A stretch of 64,000 nt of DNA from a virus (Duplodnaviria > Caudoviricetes): positions 45,163-109,162 of IMG/VR virus record IMGVR_UViG_3300018495_000088; one strand, given 5' to 3'. Positions 18,832-27,930 of this stretch are shown here, piece by piece. The stretch's first letter is position 1. Each line of letters starts with the position of its first letter. A program made the position numbers and the translations under genes. The notes beneath the pieces are model-generated. The model had not been told where the DNA came from and searched no databases. It was given only the letters and a program-made list of their open reading frames with translations.

Positions 18832-21800
18832 ATGGCACTTTGGAAACCATTTAGAGGCAGTCGTGCAGATTTAGATGCTGTTGCTAAACGTGACGGTTAT
18901 GTTTATTTTTGTGACGATGGAGCCTTATTCTTTGATTATACAGATAAAAATGGTAATCTACAAAGAAAACAAATTAACGCTAAAGACGCCGAAACGCTTA
19001 CAGGCATGTCTTTAGATCAAATTCAAAAATCCATCTCTTGGAACGACCTGCTTAACAAACCCGAACTTGGTCTTATTGCCGTATATGACGAAATTAGCAA
19101 AGGTCTTCTTACCGAAGATGTTCAGGAAACTCTTGATAAGATAGATACTATCGAGAGCGTTTATGAAACAAAGACTGGCTCTTCGATAAAATTAGATGAA
19201 GCTAAGGCTTATGCTGACGCTAACCTTGAAACTGCAAAGTCTTACACTGATGAGAAAATAGCAAACATTCCAGCTGTAGATTCTTATACCAAACCAGAAA
19301 TTGATGCCGCTTTAGAAAACAAAGCAAACAACGATCACGATCATGATGATATTTATTATACAGAAGCAGAGATTGATGTAAAGCTTTCTGGCAAATCCGA
19401 CACTGGTCATACTCATAGCAATTATGCACCTACTTCACGAACTGTTAACGGAAAAGAACTTTCTTCCAACATTACCCTTTCTGCTTCTGATGTCGGTGCT
19501 GATGCAAGCGGTTCTGCTAATACAGCTTTAAATTCTGCAAAGTCTTATACCGACGATGCGATTGAAGCACTTGGCGATACTTATTACACCGAGGCAGAAA
19601 TTGATACAAAGCTTGCATCTAAATCGGATTCAACACATAATCACGACTCTAAATACGACACAAAGGGTTCTGCTTCTGCTGTTCAAACAAATTTAGATGT
19701 AGTAAGCGATACACTCGATTCTCACACAGACGATTCTGACATCCACGTAACTACAACAAATAAGTCTAACTGGAATACTGCTTATACTCATTCTCAATCT
19801 ACTCATGCAAGAACAGATGCAACAAAAGTCGCAGATTCCACAACTAATGGTAATATTCTTATCAATGGAAGTGAAACAAATGTTTACACACATCCCAACT
19901 CTGGCGTAACTGCTGGCACTTATAAGAGCGTGACAGTAAATGCACAAGGTCATGTTACTGGCGGTACGAATCCGACTACATTGGCTGGATATGGAATTAC
20001 CGATGCCGAGACTAAGGGTGCGGCAAGTAGTGCTCTTGCAAGTGCAAAAGAATATACGGACTCTGTAGCATCTGGTAAAGCTAATACAAACCACAATCAC
20101 GACACTACTTATGATAAAAAGGGTGCTGCTGATAGCGCATTGGCTTCTGCAAAATCCTATGCTGATTCTGCCGCTACTACTGCTGCAAATGCTGTTAAGA
20201 ATGACCTATTAAACGGTGCTGGCACAGCTTATGATACTCTTAAAGAACTTGGTGATTTGATTGACGACAATGCAGATGCGATTGATGCGCTTGAAACTGT
20301 TGCCGCTGGCAAAGCTGACAAAACTCATACTCATGCGATTTCGGATGTATCTGGTCTTCAGTCTGCTCTTGATGGTAAGGCAGCCTCTTCTCACGGAACA
20401 CACGTTTCTTATAGTGCTACGGCTCCTGTAATGGACGGTACTGCAAGCGTTGGCACCGCAAGTACCGTTGCAAGAAGCGACCATAAACATCCTACCGACA
20501 CAAGCCGTGCATCTAAAACAGAATTTGATTCTCATACAAGCAATACAACAGCGCATATTACTTCAACAGAAAGAAGCAATTGGAATGCTGCTAAGACACA
20601 CGCTGATTCCGCTCACGCACCTTCTAATGCTGAAAAGAATCAGAACGCATTTAGCAATATTAAGGTAGGTTCTACTACCGTCGCTGCTGATGCTGCAACT
20701 GACACTGTTGAGTTTGTAGGCAGCAACGTCACTATTACTCCTGATACGACTAATGACAAAGTGACCTTTACTGTTGCTGATGGTAGCACAAGTGGAAAGG
20801 GTGTTGTACAACTCACCAACAGTACATCAAGCACTTCTACTACTACCGCTGCAACACCAAGTAGTGTTAAATCGGCTTATGATTTAGCAAATACTGCTAA
20901 GACAAATGCTGCAACCGCACAGTCTAGAGCGGATAGCGCTTATTCTTTGGCTGAAGGCAAAGTTGATAGTTTATCAGACTTAGGTGTAACTGCTACCGCT
21001 ACCGAGTTGAATTATGTTGATGGAGTAACTTCAAATATTCAGACTCAACTGGATGGTAAGGCACCTTCTTCTCACAATCAATCCGCTAGTACTATCACAA
21101 GCGGAACTTTATCTTCTGATAGATTGCCTACCGTTCCGATTTCTAAGGGTGGCACAGGTGCAACAACTGCGGCTGGTGCTCTTACTAATTTAGGAATTAC
21201 AGCTACTGCTGCGGAACTGAACAAAATGGATGGTGTAACAGCTACAACAACTGAGCTTAACTATGTGGATGGAGTTACAAGTAATATTCAGACGCAGTTG
21301 GATGGAAAATTGGATAAAACAACAAAATACGCTGGTAGTTCAAGCACAGGTGGTGCTGCTAATAGTGCAGTTAAAGCAACTCAAGACGGCAGTGGTAATA
21401 CTATTACAAGTACTTATGCAACAAAGGCTGAATTAGATTCAGCTAAATCAAGCTTGCAAACTTCTATTAACGGAAAAGCAAATAGTTCGCATATACATTC
21501 TATTTCTAATGTAACTAATTTACAAAGTTCATTAGACGCAAAACAAGCAACTGTCACAGGTGCTGCGACAACTATCACAGGTTCCAATCTTACCGCTTCA
21601 AGAGCTTTAATTTCTAACTCTTCTGGTAAGGTTGCGGTTTCAGACATAACATCCACGGAATTAGCGTATTTGGACGGCGTTACAAGTAACATCCAAACAC
21701 AACTTGATGCCAGGGCAAATAAGTCAGATATTGCAACAACGATAATGCAGGGTACTGCTACCCAAAATACTACCTATTGGAAAATCTCTGGTTTCGGCAA

Positions 21801-22743
21801 TTGGGGCACAGGAACATGGATGCAAAAAGGTTTTTCCATGCTTATCACTTCAAGAGCGGGCGAAATGGTTTGGGTTAGCCTTGCAGCAAACGACTCTAAT
21901 ACAAGTGCGGGAGCTATTCGTCTTATCAACCGATATTCCAAGATCGCTGCGATACATTACAGTGTTTCGGAAAGCGCAATTTATGTAACTGCAGCTGGCT
22001 GGGCTAATAATATTTGTGCTCATATTCTCTCTAATGTAAATGGAGATTATGTGCCTACCATTGCAAGTGCAAGTGCCTTGCCAAGTGATGCAGTTTCAAT
22101 TAATATTATAGAATTTGGTATTGACGGTACAGGCACTGTCGTTGGAGATAATTCAGTGCCTCTTGCAATGGGCGGCTCCACAACAAGACCAACCTATAAT
22201 AGTAAAGACCTTGCTTTAAAGAGTGACGTCGATGCCATTACGCTAGACACTCTAGGTGGAAATGATAGATATTATACTGAGTCCGAGATTGATAGCAAGG
22301 TGTCAACTTTGAACACCGCTATTAATGGCAAGGCAGCGTCTTCTCACACTCACGATGACAGATATTATACAGAAGCAGAAATCAACGCCAAGGTGGACAC
22401 TTTAAATACTGCTATCGCTGGCAAAGCTCCAAGTGTGCATAGTCACGGTCATATACAAGATGGTACTGTAGGTATGAAGACTTCAGATTCCAATGAAGTG
22501 AGTTTTTCGTCTAACGCTAATTATATCTATTTTGGATATGACAATCGCATGGGTTCAACTGGCATAGTTGATACTTATAAGTTCGGAAAACATAGCGGAA
22601 CAGCTAGTGCTGCAGATGGTAATATCGAATGTGGTTCATTGGCAGCAGGAAGAACTCTTAAGGGTGGAACTGTAACTGTCGGCAACGCAGCTACATTACA
22701 ATATGATTCTACAAATCAATGTCTTAACTTTGTATTCGGATAA
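18832..22743 (+). CDS. Long tail-fibre-like protein with HxH motifs and internal repeats (1303 aa)
   Basis: Repeats YYTE[A/S]EI (4x) and TEL.Y.DGVTSNIQTQLD (3x); GVVQLTNSTSSTSTTTAATPSSVKSAYD fibre motif; many HxH motifs; ends CLNFVFG. Confidence 0.75.
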   Translation: MALWKPFRGSRADLDAVAKRDGYVYFCDDGALFFDYTDKNGNLQRKQINAKDAETLTGMSLDQIQKSISWNDLLNKPELGLIAVYDEISKGLLTEDVQETLDKIDTIESVYETKTGSSIKLDEAKAYADANLETAKSYTDEKIANIPAVDSYTKPEIDAALENKANNDHDHDDIYYTEAEIDVKLSGKSDTGHTHSNYAPTSRTVNGKELSSNITLSASDVGADASGSANTALNSAKSYTDDAIEALGDTYYTEAEIDTKLASKSDSTHNHDSKYDTKGSASAVQTNLDVVSDTLDSHTDDSDIHVTTTNKSNWNTAYTHSQSTHARTDATKVADSTTNGNILINGSETNVYTHPNSGVTAGTYKSVTVNAQGHVTGGTNPTTLAGYGITDAETKGAASSALASAKEYTDSVASGKANTNHNHDTTYDKKGAADSALASAKSYADSAATTAANAVKNDLLNGAGTAYDTLKELGDLIDDNADAIDALETVAAGKADKTHTHAISDVSGLQSALDGKAASSHGTHVSYSATAPVMDGTASVGTASTVARSDHKHPTDTSRASKTEFDSHTSNTTAHITSTERSNWNAAKTHADSAHAPSNAEKNQNAFSNIKVGSTTVAADAATDTVEFVGSNVTITPDTTNDKVTFTVADGSTSGKGVVQLTNSTSSTSTTTAATPSSVKSAYDLANTAKTNAATAQSRADSAYSLAEGKVDSLSDLGVTATATELNYVDGVTSNIQTQLDGKAPSSHNQSASTITSGTLSSDRLPTVPISKGGTGATTAAGALTNLGITATAAELNKMDGVTATTTELNYVDGVTSNIQTQLDGKLDKTTKYAGSSSTGGAANSAVKATQDGSGNTITSTYATKAELDSAKSSLQTSINGKANSSHIHSISNVTNLQSSLDAKQATVTGAATTITGSNLTASRALISNSSGKVAVSDITSTELAYLDGVTSNIQTQLDARANKSDIATTIMQGTATQNTTYWKISGFGNWGTGTWMQKGFSMLITSRAGEMVWVSLAANDSNTSAGAIRLINRYSKIAAIHYSVSESAIYVTAAGWANNICAHILSNVNGDYVPTIASASALPSDAVSINIIEFGIDGTGTVVGDNSVPLAMGGSTTRPTYNSKDLALKSDVDAITLDTLGGNDRYYTESEIDSKVSTLNTAINGKAASSHTHDDRYYTEAEINAKVDTLNTAIAGKAPSVHSHGHIQDGTVGMKTSDSNEVSFSSNANYIYFGYDNRMGSTGIVDTYKFGKHSGTASAADGNIECGSLAAGRTLKGGTVTVGNAATLQYDSTNQCLNFVFG

Positions 22744-22755
22744 GGAGGTGTCCAT

Positions 22756-25700
22756 ATGAGTTTACAAGTATGGTTGCCTCTAAATGGTAATCTAGAAAAT
22801 CTTGGATTGTCGGATTTATCCTTCAGAGTTGTTAACTACAGCAATGCTATTAGTTCAGCAACTTCTGGCGGTAAAGTCGTTTCTGGATTATACAAAAGAA
22901 CTACTAAAGAAACGGCTGATTATATTATCAGCGATAAAAATATTACATTAGATGGCGATGTAACAATGTGTTGTTGGGCTAAAGTAACTGGAATTGGTTA
23001 TAGTGGAACAGCAAACGGCCTCTTTGGGCAGCATGGGCATCAAACAGGTGGACTGGGTATCACGATGAAGGATGTTAGCTCTACTGACTTACGAATGAGC
23101 GTCAATACAGGTTTATATGGCGACAGTCATGGTGGCTCTAGTGACAGAACTTATTGCACATATTACGGTTCAACTAACATTTATAATGCGTGGCATCATT
23201 TATGTTTAACTTATGATAGTAAAACAAAACAGTTACGCATGTATGTAGATGGCAAATTAGAGAATATTCAAGGTTGTGGCTCTTATGCTACGCTAAATGG
23301 TAATAACATTACTCCCAGACCTGTAATCTTATTTGCTTGGTCTACTGACCACCTTAGCTCAAGTATTGTAAATTATCGTCCACCTTGTGAACTAAATGAT
23401 GTTCGTATTTATGACCATGTGCTGTCCGTCAAAGAAATTAAAGAGATATCTAAAGGTCTTGTTGCTCATTATCAGCTAAAACCCACTAATATCACAAATT
23501 ATGCAAAGAGTACTCCGTTCAGTATTTATAATAACTATGGAGTAGGAGCAACTTTAACACAGTTAAGTGAACGATTTATGGGTTATCCTGTTTATAGATT
23601 AACAATGACTCCTACTAGTGCAAGTGTTAGTAGTTTTCAAACCGAGTTGTGGTCACATGGTGTGTGTCATGGTCGGTGGACATTTAATGCAAACACAAAA
23701 TATTGTTACTGGTTATACTATAGACCTGTTAGCCACAATGATATTCGAGCAGGTGGCACAGCAAGTAATATTAATGGATGGACAGAGATTGCTCCTCAAT
23801 ATATTGAAGATGGCTGGTATAGAGTTGGTCAATATAGAAACGGTAGTGTTACTTCAACTCAAGCAGATGACATATATACGTCATTTATAACTCCTTCAGC
23901 AGCAGCTGGTGTTCCAATTACTATTGATTTTTGTGCTCCGCATCTAATTGGTGGGTTATCTGAGATTATTGAGACTTACGATGGAGTAGTAGCTGAGGAT
24001 AACAAAGTACACGATGTATCTGGCTATGGTAATCATTTAAATATTACTGGTTCAATTGCAGCAAATAGTACAAGTCCGAGATACAGTAACAGTCTTGATT
24101 TTAATCAAACTGGTTATCTAAAGAAAACAGACTTTAACATGACCACGAATGAGTTTACCATCACATTCTGGTTGAATCCTCCCTACTCAATCAACGCACA
24201 ACATTTTATATGTGGTACATTTAATAGCTGGACTGGTAACGGATTCGGTATGTGGAGAGACAGCACAGGTGGTGGATATAGTTTGCTGTATAGGTCAAAT
24301 AGTGAGGGTGGTCACACAGGGCTCCCAGCAGTTACGCCTCCTCATGATACATGGAGTCATATAGCAATTGTTTACACTGGCACTCAAGGTATTGTTTATC
24401 TGAACGGGGCCGAAGTAGCTAGAGTAAATGGTGGCTCAAGTGGCACAGTGTCACACCCTGTTCTTTATTTAGGTAACTCAATGTATAGTGAGGTTGCATC
24501 ACAAACAGATGAAGCATCTATGTCTGACTTCAGATTCTATGCTACAGCGTTATCAGCTTCTGATATTGAAGGATTATATAAACACGGTGCTTCTATAGCA
24601 AAAGATGGCACCTTATTCGCATACGACTTTAACGAGTTCAATCCAAATGCAAAAAGTGGTGTTGATAAAGATGGTACTGCTTCTAGTTGCAGTCTTAACA
24701 CTAAAGTAAGTCCTACTGCGGACATGAAGCTTAAAACTTTAGAAGATGGTTCTTCTTGGGCAAGAATACATTATTTGGATCTAACAAATGATAAAACATT
24801 CTTTGCTAATGCTGCTGAGGTTGCTAAATGTAGTAGAAACAATCGTTTTAGCCGTATGAGAGATGTTGATAAGTTTAAGAGTCAACCCTCCCTTTCTAGT
24901 GGTTATACTGAACTTGAGTATATTCAGTCTAGCGGAACACAGTATATTAATACTGGAATTGCTCCAACAAGCGATATGAAGGTTGAAATTTCCTTTATAC
25001 CTACAAATGGATTAACAGAACATTCAATTTTTGGTTCGTCTTGGGCTGTAGATGGATTCTTCCTAATGATTTATCAAGGAAAAATTAGATTCCATTCAGG
25101 TGGTTCAGTTATTGATGCTGTTTCATGTTCAGCAGGAAACAGATATATAATGGAATGTACAAACAGTTATATTAAAATCAACGGTACCAGTTATAGCATT
25201 TCAGGTGGAGCAAATACTGCTAATAATATCCTTCTTCTTGGCGACATGGGATACAACGAAAGTTGTCGTGGTATTGGTAAAATTGAATACGCTAAGATAT
25301 GGGCAGATGGTAAACTCGTTCGTAACTTTGTTCCTTGTAAAAATGCAGGTGGCACAGTTGGTTTATATGATTTAGTTGAAGATAAATTCTACACTAATGC
25401 AGGAAGTGGCTCGTTCACAGCAGGTACTTTTGTAAGTAAGTATGAGTTCATGTTAACTTATCCAGCCCTATCCAGTACTGAATATAATAGATGGACTCAG
25501 ACATCATCACCTAATGCTACGTCCGTTACAGGATATACCCCTATCCATATTGCTTGGCCAGCTCACAGTGCAGGTATTCGCAAACATGGTAGTGCTTCTT
25601 TGTACAACTGTGACAGTGGTGACACTTGGTATGCTCCTATTGGACAGTATAGTATTTGGGAAGGTGGCATTCCCGCGGCAAATGGAAATATGCAACTTCA

Positions 25701-25797
25701 AACAGAACTTTGGGTTAGAACAGATAAATCTGCTGATGCTACTCAAACAAAAATTTATGATGGTACTATAGTAGCATCAAACTTTATTGAATTATAA
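22756..25797 (+). CDS. LamG/concanavalin-like multidomain adhesin (1013 aa)
   Basis: MSLQVWLPLNG start; WHHLCLTYD..LRMYVDG..LNDVRIYDHVLS and WSHIAIVY..MSDFRFYATALS LamG motifs; SGYTELEYIQSSGTQYINTG domain. Confidence 0.75.
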   Translation: MSLQVWLPLNGNLENLGLSDLSFRVVNYSNAISSATSGGKVVSGLYKRTTKETADYIISDKNITLDGDVTMCCWAKVTGIGYSGTANGLFGQHGHQTGGLGITMKDVSSTDLRMSVNTGLYGDSHGGSSDRTYCTYYGSTNIYNAWHHLCLTYDSKTKQLRMYVDGKLENIQGCGSYATLNGNNITPRPVILFAWSTDHLSSSIVNYRPPCELNDVRIYDHVLSVKEIKEISKGLVAHYQLKPTNITNYAKSTPFSIYNNYGVGATLTQLSERFMGYPVYRLTMTPTSASVSSFQTELWSHGVCHGRWTFNANTKYCYWLYYRPVSHNDIRAGGTASNINGWTEIAPQYIEDGWYRVGQYRNGSVTSTQADDIYTSFITPSAAAGVPITIDFCAPHLIGGLSEIIETYDGVVAEDNKVHDVSGYGNHLNITGSIAANSTSPRYSNSLDFNQTGYLKKTDFNMTTNEFTITFWLNPPYSINAQHFICGTFNSWTGNGFGMWRDSTGGGYSLLYRSNSEGGHTGLPAVTPPHDTWSHIAIVYTGTQGIVYLNGAEVARVNGGSSGTVSHPVLYLGNSMYSEVASQTDEASMSDFRFYATALSASDIEGLYKHGASIAKDGTLFAYDFNEFNPNAKSGVDKDGTASSCSLNTKVSPTADMKLKTLEDGSSWARIHYLDLTNDKTFFANAAEVAKCSRNNRFSRMRDVDKFKSQPSLSSGYTELEYIQSSGTQYINTGIAPTSDMKVEISFIPTNGLTEHSIFGSSWAVDGFFLMIYQGKIRFHSGGSVIDAVSCSAGNRYIMECTNSYIKINGTSYSISGGANTANNILLLGDMGYNESCRGIGKIEYAKIWADGKLVRNFVPCKNAGGTVGLYDLVEDKFYTNAGSGSFTAGTFVSKYEFMLTYPALSSTEYNRWTQTSSPNATSVTGYTPIHIAWPAHSAGIRKHGSASLYNCDSGDTWYAPIGQYSIWEGGIPAANGNMQLQTELWVRTDKSADATQTKIYDGTIVASNFIEL

Positions 25798-25812
25798 GGA
25801 GATGATAAATAA

Positions 25813-26052
25813 ATGCAAGTAAAAGATTTAATTGTTACTGGCAACGCTAGAATTCTCGGCAACCTATATACTAATACTAAGATTACGGTAGATTCTGCAT
25901 TATCTAACACGTCTATTAATCCTGTTCAAAATAAGGTTATAAAGGCTGCGTTAGATGCCAAGGCACCCGCATATACCTATGGCACAGCAGATGTTACTGT
26001 GGGTGGTACAAGTAGTGCGGCCACAGGCACATTACATTTTGTATATGAATAA
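25813..26052 (+). CDS. Small fibre adaptor protein (79 aa)
   Basis: AAGGAG RBS; VDSALSNTSINPVQNKVI fibre motif; ends GTLHFVYE. Confidence 0.6.
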   Translation: MQVKDLIVTGNARILGNLYTNTKITVDSALSNTSINPVQNKVIKAALDAKAPAYTYGTADVTVGGTSSAATGTLHFVYE

Positions 26053-26063
26053 GAGGTGAGATT

Positions 26064-27272
26064 ATGGCTAAAAAAATGCTTTTAACCATAGATGGCACCT
26101 ATAGAAATATAAAAAAAGCCTACATTACTGTGAACGGTGTTTATCATAAAGTGAAAAAGGCATTTATTACTGTAGGCGGTGTTTATCACCCCGTATGGAA
26201 CGCCAATCCTACCTCTGAACCCACTTATTGGGGCACTTCAGAGAATTTATATGCCCCAGTAAGTCAGCTAGCAGCAACTTCTGTTGGTAATTACGCCTTA
26301 TTTGGTGGAGGGTATGATCCTAGCCTTGATAACAATGAAGCTTTCTCAAGATGTGAGGGCTATAGTTCATCACTTACACATACAAGCCTAACGCCTTTGA
26401 ATGCGACATCATATTCGGCTCTTAGGCTCGCTGCAACTACTGTTGGAGGATATGCCATATTCGGTGGTGGCGAGAGCGATACGCTCGATACTCTTGATTT
26501 GATAAATGACTTTGCAAATAATCACATAACGGCATACAATACTTCATTGACAGACCAAGGTACTCTAACTAATAGTAGACTTGGTGTTGAAGCCTCTAGG
26601 TTGGCGGCTACGACGGTTGGCAATTATGCTTTGTTCGGAGGCGGATATAATAAATGGCACGTATTTGAAAATTGGCAATATAAAACCAAGGAAGCCTGGC
26701 AAAATCATGTGACGGCATATAATTCCTCACTGACAAAATCTGTGCCAGGCGGATTAAACTTGGGAAGACGCGGTTTGGCTGCAACAACTGTTGGAAATTA
26801 TGCTTTATTTGGTGGTGGAATTCAAAGCGGTACAACCAGTAGTATTGTTGATACATATAACACATCTTTGACCAAAGGAACGGCAACTTCTTTGTCCGTA
26901 CCAAGAGATGACTTAACCGCTACGACAGTTGGTGGATATGCAATTTTCGCGGGAGGTTGGAATGATGGCGACGTGAATACGGTTGATGCATATAATACGT
27001 CTTTAACAAGGGTGTCCTGCTCACCGCTGCAAACTGCTCGTGATAAACTTAATTCAACTACCTTGGGCGATTTCGCATTCATTGGATGTAGTGAAGCAAC
27101 TACAAATATTGATGTGTATGACAAAAATTTGACAAAAGTATTTATTTTACAAACACTGCAAGCAAGATGTTTTTACGGGGCGGCCACAATTGGCAACTAT
27201 GCTTTGTTCGGTGGTGGCGACGTAACGGGTATCGGCGTGACCGCAAGAGTCGACGTTTTTACTATAGTTTAA
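26064..27272 (+). CDS. Kelch-like beta-propeller receptor-binding protein (402 aa)
   Basis: Seven repeats of LAATTVGNYALFGGG...AYN.SLT; N-terminal KKAYITVNGVYHKVKK attachment-type motif. Confidence 0.7.
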   Translation: MAKKMLLTIDGTYRNIKKAYITVNGVYHKVKKAFITVGGVYHPVWNANPTSEPTYWGTSENLYAPVSQLAATSVGNYALFGGGYDPSLDNNEAFSRCEGYSSSLTHTSLTPLNATSYSALRLAATTVGGYAIFGGGESDTLDTLDLINDFANNHITAYNTSLTDQGTLTNSRLGVEASRLAATTVGNYALFGGGYNKWHVFENWQYKTKEAWQNHVTAYNSSLTKSVPGGLNLGRRGLAATTVGNYALFGGGIQSGTTSSIVDTYNTSLTKGTATSLSVPRDDLTATTVGGYAIFAGGWNDGDVNTVDAYNTSLTRVSCSPLQTARDKLNSTTLGDFAFIGCSEATTNIDVYDKNLTKVFILQTLQARCFYGAATIGNYALFGGGDVTGIGVTARVDVFTIV

Positions 27273-27295
27273 CTTATTAAAAAGGAGATAACAAA

Positions 27296-27727
27296 ATGAA
27301 AAAATATGCAATTTGGAATAAAACCGATCCAATTATTACGCCTATTGGTGAAGTATTAACAGCAGAACAATGGATTGACAGATATCCTGTTGCAGGCGTA
27401 GAATCTATTACAGTGTTATGCGCTGCAGGTGAAATTAATGGTGCATTTTTTGGAACTTTAGGTCAGGTCGTCGAAGCCTACGAAGACCAAGGTTGCGATT
27501 TTTCTGAATGTACCACGCCAGAGGAAAAATTAGCAACAATCGAGGCTTTTGATGATGCTAAAGCGGCAGAAAAGATTGCGGCACAAGTAGCTTCTCAGGA
27601 GGCGGCCAAGGTGGCGGCCGAAGAAGAGAGAGCCAATGCTGAATTAACAGCTATGTCTCTTGCAAGTATCGCAGCTAGTATGGAGTATCAGAACATGTTA
27701 ACACTTGATGATGCTGAGGAGGTGTAA
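27296..27727 (+). CDS. Fibre-associated protein, XkdW-like position (143 aa)
   Basis: AAGGAG RBS; Ala-rich helical C-terminus; immediately precedes an XkdX-family gene. Confidence 0.55.
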   Translation: MKKYAIWNKTDPIITPIGEVLTAEQWIDRYPVAGVESITVLCAAGEINGAFFGTLGQVVEAYEDQGCDFSECTTPEEKLATIEAFDDAKAAEKIAAQVASQEAAKVAAEEERANAELTAMSLASIAASMEYQNMLTLDDAEEV

Positions 27728-27729
27728 TC

Positions 27730-27861
27730 ATGAATTACGAAAGAGTAAAGTATTACTACGAAGCAGGTCTTTGGAGTCTTCCTATGGTGAAAATGGCCGT
27801 TCGTAAGGGTGTTATTACTAGAGAGCAGTATAAAGAAATTACAGGAGTAGAATATAAGTAA
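27730..27861 (+). CDS. XkdX-family protein (43 aa; not in the ORF track)
   Basis: GGAGGTG RBS; MNYERVKYYYEAGLWSLPMVKMAVRKGVITREQYKEITGVEYK fits the XkdX pattern (YY..GLW...V..AV..G.IT..QYKEITG). Confidence 0.85.
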   Translation: MNYERVKYYYEAGLWSLPMVKMAVRKGVITREQYKEITGVEYK

Positions 27862-27876
27862 TTCTATCCAAACTAT

Positions 27877-27910
27877 AAACCCATAGAGTAACCCTCTATG
27901 GGTTTCTTTT
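27877..27910 (+). terminator. Intrinsic terminator
   Basis: 12-bp stem AAACCCATAGAG-taacc-CTCTATGGGTTT then CTTTT. Confidence 0.8.
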
Positions 27911-27930
27911 AAGAAAGGAGTTGATACAAA

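Noticed and set aside
20970-21720. Repeats within fibre genes as a CRISPR array or DGR TR/VR pair
   Set aside because: They are in-frame protein repeats differing mainly at synonymous positions, not identical spaced DNA repeats or adenine-specific variants
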